This document shows, piece after piece, positions 32,138 to 45,972 of a stretch of DNA of 64,000 bases. A model generated the notes under the pieces. The model worked only from the letters and a program-made list of their open reading frames with translations. It was not told where the DNA came from and did not search any database. The translations under genes and the position numbers were made by a program. Each line of letters opens with the position of its first letter. The first letter of the stretch is position 1. Source of the DNA: Nemertoderma westbladi (taxonomy: Eukaryota > Animalia > Xenacoelomorpha); NCBI GenBank assembly GCA_032718475.1, contig JAUCBJ010007955.1:169869-233868 (forward strand), read 5' to 3'.

Positions 32138-34617
32138 TTATACAACCTATGGATGTTAAAACATATAAACAATTACTAGATATTTTTTATGGTAGCTAGA
32201 TTTTTTTATTAGCTAGTATTTTTTAAAATTTTCAAAATATTATTTTTTTTCGGATTTTTGATATTGGTAAGTGCTCTAGGGTACTACTATGTAGCATATG
32301 TGTCTCAAATTTTTATTGATTTTTTGTAACGGTTGTATGATGATTTCTGTACTATTAAAATTTTTTTCCAAGAAATGTTCTAGAACAAAAAAATGTGTGC
32401 TAGAACAAAAAAATGTGTTCTTAACAAAAACATTTATACAATCGACCATAATATATAAATATACAGTAGATCATAAAAATAATTTCGACATATTTTGGAC
32501 CATTTTGGACCCCCTTAATATATTTAAAAAACTATACCACAATTGCAATGAGTGTATTAAATTCAACCTCCAGTCAAATACAACTATACGTTACATAACC
32601 GTCTCCACAAACATGTGAGGTGTGAGTGAAATCAAAATTGTCACAAAAATGCGCCATAAGATGGGGATTTAGGTGATGTAAGTTTTATTGTACCTAGATT
32701 CTAGACCTGGACCATTTACTCATTTTTCAACACGAAACTTTTTACTAACATATGGAAGGAAGCAATCGGATGAATTGTCTTAACAGTTCCTGAGGACTAT
32801 TTCTTTTAATTGCTAATTACACAAAATCCTCAATGATACATGCTGGACATCAGTCGGATTATTGATCACAATAAAAATTTCCTTCCAAATTACACCAACA
32901 ATTACTATGTTCTCCCATGCATGGTTCTTTGATAAAACGGATATACAATGACGACATGGACGTCATTTGCAAGAACAACACCATAGCAATTATTGATAGT
33001 CAATCTAGCGAAAAAGAGGGGGAAACCCAAAACTATTTCGTAATTAATCCGAACCAAATTTACATTATCTTGTTAAGGGGGGATTAATCTTTTTTTTAAT
33101 GACTGTCAATTAGTGTTAAATGATAACATTGCTATTTTGTCATCGACAACCGCTGTATGGAAGATCAAATAGCCTCTATAAGAAGATTTGAAAATTTATA
33201 GCCTCCCCCTAGCGACTGGCGGCTGAATAAAAGATTTATCGACCTCAAAAACCCTTATCCTCAAAAAATGTATTAGTTATTTTATAAACTATTGTGGCTT
33301 TTAACCTAAAACATATCATTAAATTAGACCTAAAATCAATATAGCAAGCCCAATTTTATTTCGTGAAAAATCTTTGCTAACATTAATGGAAACTAAGAAG
33401 TTTCCTTGCAGTGGAATTGCATAACTTTTTCTTTACATAAGTTACCTTATTATATCGTTAAATATTTGATATAAATTAAAATTAGATACGACTTATAGTT
33501 ACCGAGATGAAACAATTTACGTGTGACAGGCCAGTAGTAGTGTACATTTTATTTATTCCGCATTGAATTGCAGCATATTGTGCAGTAATTAAATTATTCT
33601 GGAACATCTCTAATTTGCTACTTACTATTCCCTACTGTTCCTTTTGTTTAGCTTGTGTTATCCAAATCTATGAAGAATTTCAATGAATATATATATATGT
33701 TCTGCAAAATAATTTTTTTAGACTTTATTTGGTCATTAACAAGGTAATACAGAATCCCAAAAATGTAGTTCGGATTGATTGCGAATTACTTTTGGGTTTT
33801 ATGCTAGATTGACTCTTCTATGAAGCGTCAAAAATATTCGCCACCAACAAAGAGAAAACAAACCGTGTCACCCAATTAAAGTTCGGATAAAATGATTTAA
33901 TGTGTTTTCATTGGCTGCGTTATTATTGGATGATGTTTATCATTGGCTTTGTTCTTCAGGGCATGGTGCTTTCTCATTGGCTGTGTTCTTATGGGATGGT
34001 GATATATCATTGGCTGTGTTCTTCTGGGCGTGGTGCTTCCTCATTGGCTGTGTTCTTCGTGGAAGATACACTCTCAATGGGTATTTTTATTTTAGCACTA
34101 CTTCAACATTTTAATGTTATTTATAAAACTTTACCCCTAAGTAAAATTATTTTTTGTTACATCAGAACTAAAAAAGATTTACAGCCTTCTAATATGCATC
34201 ACAATAACTATGCATCCTAAATATATTTAAATAAATTAATCAGAGTTTAAAATATTATGTTAGATGTTTATTAGTGTGTAACCAGGAATGGTTAGAAATT
34301 GTAGAAAACCATCAGCTAGGAATTCTAGTTTTCCTTTCAGAAAACATTATTTTTCTATATTTTATTCATAAACCCGATAAGTATACAATTATATATTGCT
34401 TTTTCTATTAGTTAGAAGCCGACAACGAGAGTTGGTGGAGGAATTTTCTCTTTCCCATAAAATTACTAGCAAATTTGTTCGACCCAGGAATTGTGTCAAA
34501 GTGCTCAGCCTACATTTGGTCTTCTATTGAATTAAGATCTGAGAATAGTAATGATGTTTGGGTATTGTACTAGATAAACTGAAAGTGAAAAGTGTTATTG
34601 TATACACCACACCATGT

Positions 34618-36315
34618 CGTTAAAAAAAGTATCTCCAGCGATATTACACCAGTTACTGCAGTTATTCTTCTACCTTATAGCTGTTTGTTGGTACCAATGG
34701 AAAGCTGGCCAGGTATGGATTCCAAATATGTAACACAATTTGAATTTCGTTGAAAAATAGCTAAGATATGAGCGTTCAAATGTTGCATGGTTTTGCAACG
34801 ACGCGAGGCTATTTTATTCTATTAATAAATAAACCATATTCTGGAACATTTTTTAAATGTATGAATAGCTACGTAATAGTTCACGGTTAACAGTTCACTG
34901 CTATTTAACTTCTACATTGCTGAAATGGTAAATTCTCTAATTGAAAGCGGCCTGGGACTCCACCTCAATGGCTTATCATTCTGCATTATAACGTATGCTG
35001 ATGACATTGTTCTCTTAGCTAATATAAAATCTGATTTAACAGATATGTTACAATTAGCCACTGAATCTCTATCAAACTTGAACCTTTCAGTCAACATAAA
35101 AAAATCTAATTACTTAAACATTGATACTGATGGTACCACTGTCATGGGAGACAAAGTATTTATAGGGGAACAACCGATTAAATCAGTACAATCTTGTAGT
35201 TATATGGGCTTACCCCTGCCATCAAACTCGAGAGCTTTGAAACACACGATTTTGAACAAGTTATGGATGAATGTCGCTATGATAAACACTCAGGGTTTTG
35301 CTGTTGATAATATGAGCATCGATGTACTGACTACCATATGGCGATCCCTTAGTTTACCAAGTGTTCTGTATGGCTCATCATCACTAGAATCAAAAGACAT
35401 AATCGAAATTGCCACCTCAACAAGAAAAGCCATGCGTAGCCTACTACGGGTATCAAAGATGTCAAATGTCATCCTGAATAATTTGTTCCAAATACCAGAT
35501 GTATCTGACATCATACGTGGAAACCAATGTCGCACTATATATAATACATTCAATTGCGGCAATAAAAAAGTAATGTATCTGTTCTATTATCTACTTGGAG
35601 TGAACATTACTGGCCAGGGTAATGTTAAATTATACTCAACCTATAACATATCTTCATGGGAATCCAATATACCGAGTCTTACATTATTGCAGTTCATAAA
35701 TCCGCCATAAAGTCTTGTCTTAGTAAACTTAAAAGCACCTGCATCACCCTAACACCCCGAGAGAGTTATAAAATACTGCATTTAAAAATTATCTATGGAA
35801 AATGTGGAGTAAATTTTAATATCCGAAGGCCACTTATTCAGGACATTCTAGATATTTGAACATTGTTTGTCTTGTCTTACCTTCTTAACCATACGCCACT
35901 TGTGATTCAGTTTTCAATGATTCTTATCTTTATGTGCAAGTGAAATCTTTAGTTTGACGTCCAACCCTTTAACTAATTAAAGCCGCCGGGGCCTTATACC
36001 GGATTGAAATAATAATAATAATAATAGTATGATTAAAGATGTAATGCACTGTTGCCCAGCTACGTATTTGGATAAACAAAATATTCCAGATTATGATGCA
36101 TTTATTAAATAGAAAAAAATAGCCTCGCGCAGGTGCATAACCATGCAACATTTGAACGCCCATATCTCAGCTATTTTTCAACGAAATTCAAATTGTGTTA
36201 CATATTTGGAATCCTTACAAGGCCAGCTTTCCATTGGTACAACAAACAGCTATAAGGTAGAAGAATAACTGCGGTGTAACTGGTGTAATATCGCTGGAGA
36301 CACTTTTTTTAAACG
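34618..36315. mobile_element. Palindromic MITE (about 270-bp arms) enclosing a LINE fragment
   Basis: 34618-34880 is the reverse complement of about 36045-36315. Confidence 0.75.
34885..35860 (+). mobile_element. Non-LTR retrotransposon RT fragment
   Basis: SLLFNFYI..MVNSL, CIITYADDIVLL, YMG, LPSVLYG. Confidence 0.8.
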
Positions 36316-37016
36316 CTTGTAGCTAAATATTGAAAGCAAAAATAAAAATTCTGGCTCACCCAAGCAGTGGTCGGGAGGTGAAACTATCTCTGTTTCAAAT
36401 TTCATGCAATCTCATTACGATTTGTAGAAAAATTAGGGGGGGGGGGGGCGTGTCACTGAATTGCGACACTATATTCTGGGACATGGTGTACTTGGGAGAA
36501 ACGATATTGTAACAACAATAGAGAATCGGGAAGCCAGAACGCACCGTTCTCCGTTTCCGTTCTCAGACCTTTTGTTTTCTTCGGCCGTTAGGCCAGGGAT
36601 TACGCTAAAAGTATGCACAACAACTTATTTCCAGTGCTTCACAAAGTACGCACAAAAACTTATTTCCAGTGCTCTACTTAAGGATGAAAGGAAAAGATGC
36701 GCACTGGTTGGTCCCTTCAAAGCATTCGTGCTGAAGCGAAAACTGCCCTGGCCCCCCACTACACCAAGGTGGGACCTATAAAAAAAGTACGATAATCTAT
36801 CATTGTCTCTTTCAGACATACTCCGTGAGCGGCGCCCGTGAGCTATCGTTTAATTCTTACAATAGTCCAGAATGTGATGAATATATAAATTTTACTGTTG
36901 GGTGTTATGTGAACCTGTTAACCGTGTCCACTTTATTATAGGGAATAAAATACTCAACCGTGTAAACAAACTTAGAACATATTATTATTTGTAAAAATAT
37001 TCGAAATATATTCAAA

Positions 37017-37074
37017 ATGAACACTTCTCTCAGTGAACCATTCTTTCGAATGACAATGGATGATCCAAAGTTTG
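37017..37074 (+). CDS. Class A GPCR, putative coding exon 1
   Basis: MNTSLSEPFFRMTMDDPKF with an N-glycosylation sequon. Perfect donor G|GTAAGT; phase 1 matches the next exon. Confidence 0.6.
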
Positions 37075-39669
37075 GTAAGTTTTTGTAGTATATGGTTAGT
37101 AATTATTGCGATTGTTTCATATTTATAATGTGTCAAACTTGCATTTAAAAGTGTCCTGTGATAAATCGAGGATTGATACAGAAAAATCTGACCGGGAAAA
37201 CGGCATATTTCCCATATTAATAATTACACACCCTAATATATGTATTTCAAAAGATGCGGAATGAATGTTTTAGGTATATGCACTATTTCCTTTCCTTTGG
37301 TTTGGAATGGAATAAATCATTTTTTCTGAATTTTAGTGTAACCCTCCACTCTCCACGACTATGGCAAAATAATGCAACACTTTACTTTACACAATGATCG
37401 GTAGAAACCAAATTACTGAGAACCAGCTGAAACCACCTGAAATCAGCAGTAAATCACATGAAACCAGCTGATACCAGCACCCAGTACAGGCCAACTGCAC
37501 TGCACAGTGCATAGTACAGTTACCGGTAGTCATAAACAAACCGGACGCCTACTGCTGTACTACATGCATCTCCTGCATGTCTTCCACAGGGAAAAGGGTT
37601 CCATTGGACGGGACAAAGATCCCACAAGGCGTCTCAAAGGATCTACTGATTTTGTCACAGTTAAATCTTGCGCAATATTGTATATTTGTGGAACCTTGGA
37701 CACGCACTGTCTACCTGTGAAACCTTTGACTTCCGGTGGCAGTGAACACCTAATAGGCGAGTCAATCTAGCCGAAAAAGGGGGTCAACCCATAACAAATT
37801 CGCAATTCATCCAAACCAATTTTTTTTTATTCTACATTGCCTTGTTAATACCCCCAAAAAAGTCTATAAAAATATATTATGCGGATCACCTTCAATTTCC
37901 GTTTTCTTTCCTTAGCAACATGGATTTTACATAGCAACAAAGGGTCTATTGGTGGGATTTTCTCCAAATTTGGTACAGACAAACTTTACTCTGATGACTA
38001 TCGATTGACAGAAGTATGCACTTGCATATTGTTGCCAATCTAGTTTCCAGAGCAACGGAAATTTGTCTAATAATTTAACCATTTTTAATACCAATTTTGC
38101 TGGTACAATACAGGGAGCTTATTTACACAACTTCTCTACTAAACCGGTGGATGTAACCTCGCCCATCGGAATTATAGACCTCAAAAACCCTTATCCCCAA
38201 AATATTTATTTGTTATATGATAAACTATTGTGGTTTCTAAACTAAAACAAATAAATAAATTACACCTAAAATCAATAGAGCAATAAGAATTTGAGTATGT
38301 GAAAAATGTTCACTAACATTAATGGAAATTATGAAATTTCCTTGCAGTGGAATTGTATAATTTTTTTTACAACGGTTACCTTAATATATCGTGAAGTTTT
38401 TGATTCGCTCAAGTTTTGTGGGGCTTGCCACGACTAGTGAGCGAAAGCCTTTACATTGGGGCATCATTAATGAACCATATGTCGTTCTGGAACACTGGAG
38501 TTCCGTGAAGTTTGGTAAAAAACCGGGCAGTCTGTCTGTCTGTCGGTTTCGGTAGTTTCAGACTTAAAATAAAAACCGAAATAAGTAGGTGAATCATTGA
38601 TGAAATTAAATGAAACTTGATACAAATGTAGTCGTAGTCTATAAAAAGTTTGGATATTTGTAAGATGTAACGTGTAATGGCTCTCATCTTAGGTCTCTGC
38701 ACAACCGCAAACAAAACCACTTATCTTTTCCAACTATACTACTATACGACTGTGGGATTTCACTATCAGTTTTAAGTAGGCATAATGCTGATATCCCACC
38801 CACACAAAGATTTACTGAAGGCCTTATTTATTGTGCTCAATTAATGTGCAGTCCTAGTCCTGTACGCAACACCCTAGTTAGAATTTGAGTTGATCGCACC
38901 GTTCAATGTACAGCGCGAATTTGATAACGCCAATTTTGATAACCCCAATTTAGTTTAAAGTTTAAATAAAGTTAAATAATTTTACAATATTATAGAGATA
39001 CCGTCTTGGTCTGTCATACTGTTTAATTCTTTTGTACTATTGTCAGTCGTCCAACCATTACCATATTACTGCGACTGTATGAAGTAAAAAACGACTATAT
39101 AGCAGTTATAGGTCTGCCTGCCTTTACAAACTACGTTAAAATTGGTTAGCGCCATTGTTATCTGTTCATTTCCCTAAATTGATAATTTAGCAATAATACG
39201 TTTTATATAAATTCGTCTAGATGAGATTTGCGTCAAGTCCAACCCCCATTTTGGTATTATAACCAAACCAACAATATAATATTTGGGGACTCTTACACTT
39301 TACCGTGCCATTATAGCCATATTTTGATATAATAAAATAATCTTAAAATATTTGTTCTAGAACAAAATTTTTATATTAAATGTATATATAATATGTTCTA
39401 GAACATTAAAAAAAGAAACAAAAAATAGTTAGTATAAAAAATTTATACAAAGATAACATACAATAAAAAATTAACACATTAGCTAGTGCTTTGTATTTTT
39501 TGTTCTAGAACAAAAAATATTTGTTCTAGAACAACATTTTTAGTAAATTACGTTATCACTTGCGTAAATATACTGTATATTATATAATTATAAGAATTAT
39601 ATTTTTTTGAAATATATTGAATATATAGGTGTCTCGGCAAACTGTAAGGGAGCTCCTCAGTCCTATTAC

Positions 39670-40400
39670 ACTTTACCGTGCCTTACAAGGGACTTCATAA
39701 ACAGTCTGGGTTTATCCTGGGTGTGGCAAGACCAAGCGATAAATTCAGAACGCCAGTTTTTGTTCAAAGTAAAAGAAATTATCAAAGACCAATTTGTGCA
39801 AGGATGGTGGTCAGTTCTGGCCGGATCCCCTAAAGGACAGTTATATAGCAAAAGGAGCTTTGAAACCGAACCGTATCTGGACAGCCTAAAGGACTCACCG
39901 CGACTCCGACACATTCTAGCTAAATGCCGTTGTGCATCACACGACTTGCAAATTGAGGCCGGGCGGTGGCGTAGGGTTCCGCGAACTGAAAGAATTTGTG
40001 AACTATGTAACCTGAACCAAATAGAAGACGAACTGCACTTTGCAATCGTTTGTCCCAAATATTCGGAACTCCGTACCAAGTACATCGACAATTGGTACCA
40101 TCAACGACCCAATCCCCACAAATTCAAGCTTCTGCTATCAAATAATTCTCAGGCAATCACAAGGAAATTAGCACTATTCTTATTCTATGCGTTCAAAACT
40201 CGGTCAAAATTTATCATAGGTAATAATAATTAAGATAAAAACGAGATAAATATGATACGATGTACAAACGATAACATGAACATGTGAACATGAACAAATA
40301 TGTAAACATAGCATAGTACTACATAACAATAAACAGTAATCAAAAATGGAACTGTGTAATAACCCCCGCTGATTGGCTTCTCTGTTGTTGCAGGTTATCA
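39670..40400 (+). mobile_element. LINE 3' fragment with C-terminal zinc-binding motif
   Basis: LGLSWVW, CRCASHDLQIEAGRW...RICELC...IEDELHF..CPKY..LR. Confidence 0.82.
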
Positions 40401-40479
40401 CTCTAGTTATTCTCCAGTGCTGTTTATTAATATCTGTAGGTATATATTGTTATACAGTATATGGCTTGTTAATCCATGT

Positions 40480-43400
40480 GGTAGAACACGTTCGTGGGGC
40501 CTTCGCGCAGCACGAGGCCCAGTTATTAGATACAAATCAAAATTGAGCGACTGTATCACAAAATCAGGTTTTGAGAAATTTACCCACACCACCAATCAAT
40601 CAAAGAAAGGGGGACAGTACGTGTTCACCCCTTTTAATCTCCCCCCCCCCCCCCCCCACCCTTCCCAACCACCAATACATAACCGCGACATCTACCACCC
40701 ACGGAAGGGTAGCACGAACTTATTTCCAATCGCACTTTAAATATGCAAAGCCAGGTGGTTTATAGGAATATAATAAACGCAGTACTCGTTTTCATTATAA
40801 GCCTCTTTGCGTTCGTCCTGTTTTGTATTTAAATATATTTCTTAAACGCAGGCTAGGACGATCTTTATAATAATAATAACTAGGGATGCGATCAATATGT
40901 GAAGCCAGGTGGTTTATATAATAATATAGTCAACGCAGTTCTCGTCTTCTTTATATGCCTCGTTGCGCTCGTCGCTTGTCCTGTTTTGTCATAAAATATT
41001 TTTCCTAAACGCAGACTGACGATCTTTATACAGTTATAACTATGCGAAGTTTCGAAACTGTGCGAGTAACTGTTGATACATCTATGTGGAGATGTGTGAT
41101 ATGTGGAGATGTGTGATACAACGCCAACGCATCTTATGCCGATGTAGTAATATGGGTATTGAAATAATATTAAATCAATGTACACTCTTAAAGCTGCAGC
41201 GAAAAAATGTAGCTAATTTCCTAGGTTACATATAAAATAATAATATTATTTTTAAGAACATTAATTTTACTACTTTGCAAAAATTCAATTAAAAAATAAC
41301 CAGACATATACATTGTGGAATAAACTATTTCAGAAGCCTACACACAGCCATGCCATGGATTGTATTTATGTTATTATATCTGTCATTTACCTGAGATAGC
41401 AATACAACACTTATAGTAGAGTCAATAGTCAATTCCTCTCTGGTTAGTCTACAGCCACAACTCCCTCCCAGCTAGCTCCACACCAGCAGAGACTTGACCA
41501 ATAATCATTCCCAGCACCTGGCTGCCTTAACACACATCCTTCCATCTATGTACCAGCATGTTGGCCAATAAATGAGCAGTATTTAATGAGAATCAATTTT
41601 TTACGCCGTTTTAATTAATTTAGATCAATTAAAGACACAATTATTAAAGCAAATCACTTGAACTAATTAAAAACTATAATAGAATGGCGTATGTGGATTA
41701 CATCTGTATAATTTTTAAGTATAATTATTTAAATCTTATACTGTAAAACAATTAATTTCCTTTAAAAGGCAGGTTAAAAATGGTGTTTTTACCGTAATCA
41801 ACTTAATTAACTAATTAACTGCTATTATCTTAGCTTCTCGAAGGCCACACGGAAATTCTACTTGGAAAATTTCTAAACTTTTGCCAAACAACATGTGTAC
41901 CAAGTTTGGATAGATTTCATCAAAGATTGGCCGAGTTATTAACGTTTAAAATTGAACGCGACAGAACGACAGAACGACAGAACGACAGAACGACACGTTC
42001 GTGGGGCCTTCGCGCAGCACGAGGCCCAGTTATTAGATACAAATTAAAATTGAGCGACTGTATCACAAAATCAGGTTTTGAGAAATTTACCCACACCACC
42101 AATCAATCAAAGAAAGGGGGACAGTACGTGTTTACCCCTTTTAATCTCTCCCCCCCCCCCCCCCCCCCACCCTTCCCAACCACCAATACATAACCGCGAC
42201 ATCTACTACCCACGGAAGGGTAGCACGAACTTATTTCCAATCGCACGTTAAATATGCAAAGCCAGGTGGTTTATAGGAATATAATAAACGCAGTACTCGT
42301 TTTCATTATAAGCCTCTTTGTGTTCGTCCTGTTTTGTATTTAAATATATTTCTTAAACGCAGGCTAGGACGATCTTTATAATAATAATAACTAGGGATGC
42401 GATCAATATGTGAAGCCAGGTGGTTTATATAATAATTTAGTCAACGCAGTACTCGTCTTCATTATATGCCTCGTTGCGCTCGTCGCTTGTCCTGTTTTGT
42501 CATAAAATATTTTTTCTAAACGCAGACTGACGATCTTTATACAGTTATAACTATGCGAAGTTTCGAAACTGTGCGAGTAACTGTTGATACATCTATGTGG
42601 AGATGTGTGATATGTGGAGATGTGTGATACAACGCCAACGCATCTTATGCCCATGTAGTAATATGGGTATTGAAATAATATTAAATCAATGTACACTCTT
42701 AAAGCTGCAGCGAAAAAATGTAGCTAATTTCCTAGGTTACATATAAAATAATAATATTATTTTTAAGAACATTAATTTTACTACTTTGCAAAAATTCAAT
42801 TAAAAAATAACCAGACATATACATTGTGGAATAAACTATTTCAGAAGCCTACAACAGTATTTATGTTATTATATCTGTCATTTACCTGAGATAGCAATAC
42901 AACACTTATAGTAGAGTCAATCTTGGGATGTTGTATTTAAAGAATGCTGTCTGGGCTGGAATAGCATTGCTGGTTGCCTATTACTATTCCTCTCTGGTTA
43001 GTCTACAGCCACAACTCCAAGCCAGCTAGCTCCACACCAGCAGAGACTTGACCAATAATCATTCCCAGCAACTGGCTGGCTTAAGACACATCCTTCCATC
43101 TATGTACCAGCATGTTGGCCAATAAATGAGCAGTATTTAATGAGAATCAATTTTTTACGCCGTTTTAATTACTTTAGATCAATTAAAGACACAATTATTA
43201 AAGCAAATCACTTGAACTAATTAAAAACTATAATAGAATGGCGTATGTGGATTACATCTGTATAATTTTTAAATATAATTATTTAAATCTTATACTGTAA
43301 AACAATTAATTTCCTTTAAAAGGCAGGTTGAAAATGGTGTTTTTACAGTAATCAACTTAATTAACTAATTAACTGCTATTATCTTAGCTTCTCGAAGGCC

Positions 43401-43652
43401 ACACGGAAATTCTACTTGGAAAATTTCTAAACTTTTGCCAATCAACATGTGTACCAAGTTTGGATAGATTTCATCAAAGATTGGCCGAGTTATTAACGTT
43501 TAAAATTGAACGCGACAGAACGACAGAACGACAGGTTGATTAATGGTACCACTACGCTAAGGCTCACTCACTTCGTGGCTCGCCCCACAGAACGACAGGT
43601 TGATTAATGGTACCACTACGCTAAGGCTCACTCACTTCGTGGCTCGCCCCAC
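40480..43652 (-). mobile_element. Helentron-associated element as a head-to-tail dimer (about 1.5-kb unit)
   Basis: ACACGTTCGTGGGGCCTTCGCGCAGCACG at 40486 and 41993; (GACAGAAC)n microsatellite; terminal GTGGCTCGCCCCAC duplicated at 43530-43652. Confidence 0.72.
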
Positions 43653-44187
43653 ATAAACACCATTGCAGTACGTTGTCGCCGCCCCATAAACCAGTGGTTT
43701 GTGTGGTTTACTAGATCTATGGAACATGTCATGTATCATACTGTGCATAGTCGTTATTAATGGTGAAATCAATATTGGTGACGTATACTGTATAGTATAA
43801 TTAACAATTTACCGGTATCTCCAACCACAATACTTATATTGTATTAGTGTTGCGTTGAAATAAATAAATAAACTATCAGTCATTATAGCAATAGGTGGCA
43901 CGGCAAACTGTAAGAGAGCCAATATTTGTTACAGATGGGGGGGGGGGGGTGTTCGTGACCTAATAAACATCCATTCTCGAAATCGAAGCACATAACAGCT
44001 GATTACCCTCAATAATTAAACTGGGCTAGTAGTCAGAAATTGTATTGATTAGAATAACGTGCAGATAGTGGCGCACATTGAGATTTAAAAAATGTATCCA
44101 GCGCAAATTGTGGTCGCATATGAAATAAAGTTTAATTTATTGTTTTAGAAAACACCAGGCATCAGAAACATGGATACCGGGAAAGCG

Positions 44188-45972
44188 GTAGTAGTAGTAG
44201 TTTATTGACAGAATAATTAATTTACAGACTAAAACAAACAAAATTCAATATAGGGCGGTATAAGTTATACATGCTAAATTATATGATATAATTATAATTA
44301 TTCAGTTCATCGCATAAACAATATTAATATATGAATATTAAACTTTATTACCAAACATTTGGTGTCGAAAATTAAAACTCACACTAAGACTAAGTGTCAT
44401 CAGGTAGAGGGCGGCGCGGAGTCTGGACTGCGTGGGGGGGGGGGGGGGGGGTTCCGCTGCACGCAGTATAGAGTTCCGCTACTTGTGCTGGTTCCCACAG
44501 AGCCAACACTTATATTGTTCCGTCGGGCGCCAGCAACTTTCGTTCTCGCGTAATCTATGGTGGCAGCCGTTCGAAAGTAGCTTGGCTGCTGAACGGCGTC
44601 TAAAACCAGTCAGTCGGCTCAGATCCGTTGAGGTTCCCACATGTTCGTCGTAGTTATCGATGTAGTTGAGGATGGCAGATAAGGAAGATAATTTACTTAT
44701 TCCACACCAAAACTTCCAGAACAATCGTTAGATTTGACAAACACATTGCATCAATAAGTTGTGGATGGGGGGACAGCTGACTTCCATAAGCGGTTTGCCG
44801 ACTGGAGAGTAATGATCTTGAGGTCTACTTTAATCGCGATACGGACGCAGATGACAATGCCTTTCTTGTAAAGGTGCTGAAAGTGGCCGCTACTACCATT
44901 CTTTGTTGAGAGGATCACACCTAAATATTCAAAGGAGTTCACAAACTCAACTTGTTGGTTGTCATATACCGGGATGGCTTTTTGTGATAGTCAGCCTCCA
45001 TTACGGAATTTAACTGCCTTGGTTTTCTTGATGTTGACTCGCAAATCATATTATTTTACATTATTATTACAGTCTATCAAGGAGGTTTGGACCTCCACTA
45101 TAGTATTTCCAACTACAGCCAGGTCGTCAGCGTCCATGACAATGAACACAGATACGGAAACGGTGATGATAAATGCCGGTAAGTCAGATAGTTTGCCAGA
45201 TAGAGGTGAGAGCTTGTCTCCTTGGACTATACCAATGGTTTGGGCTATGGGTTCCGGCGTAAAGACTCCAATGCAGATACAGACATAGTTTGTTGATAAT
45301 AGTGTTAGGTCTATAAACACAAACTATATGTCCACTGGCAGGTTGTAAGGCAGCCCTTATTTTCGAATGGATGAGTTTCACCGCTGTTATAGTGGACCTA
45401 CCTTTTCGGTAACCATATTGTATATCTGGTAGTATCGATCTGGCCTCTGCCCAGGCACCAGGCTGCAAATGAAGTCCACAAATCGCAACACGTTGTGCGC
45501 GTATTTGAAATGGTGCGCGGTAAAAGCGCGAGGAATTGAAATAAGAGTGCGCGAAATGATGTGAAAGACAACAAAAGTGCGCAGTAATCTGTGCAAAATA
45601 TCAAAAGTCATAAAATGGCGCGGACAGGCGGATTGGCAGATGAGGTGTAAAAAGGTTTACACATGCATGCAAAGTGAGAAAAAAATTTGCCACAAAAAAT
45701 TTCGCTCGCTTCGCTCCCGTTTCTTTTCCATTTTGCATTGTTAATGAAAAAATTTTGCTCACTTTGCTCGCATATGTTTTTCGATTTTTTTTCATTAAAA
45801 TGTGATGTGCGCGTTTTTTTCGGTGCATGTGCGGTGTATTGTCCAATATTGCGCGGCGTGCGCAGTCGTTGTGCGCGGTTCAGTGGTGGTTTGCAGCCTG
45901 GCCCAGGCATATAACCTGGATGTTAATATCAATGTGTATGTCTTCATTATACAAGATAAAATGGCAATGCCT
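44188..45972 (-). mobile_element. Degenerate LINE (RT domain to 3' tail)
   Basis: YRGIAIL, QYGYRKGRST, GIVQGDKLSPL, ADDL and FEYLG; minus-strand AATAAA followed by a (CTA)n tail at about 44190. Confidence 0.85.
45458..45901. mobile_element. MITE with 8-bp TSD (hAT- or P-like)
   Basis: TIRs CCAGGCTGCAAA/TTTGCAGCCTGG; TSD CCCAGGCA (45450-45457, 45902-45909); interrupts the LINE RT frame. Confidence 0.85.

Noticed and set aside
33900-34220. Hydrophobic 106-aa ORF
   Set aside because: It derives from short degenerate CATTGGCTGTGTTCTT repeats and has no recognisable domain.
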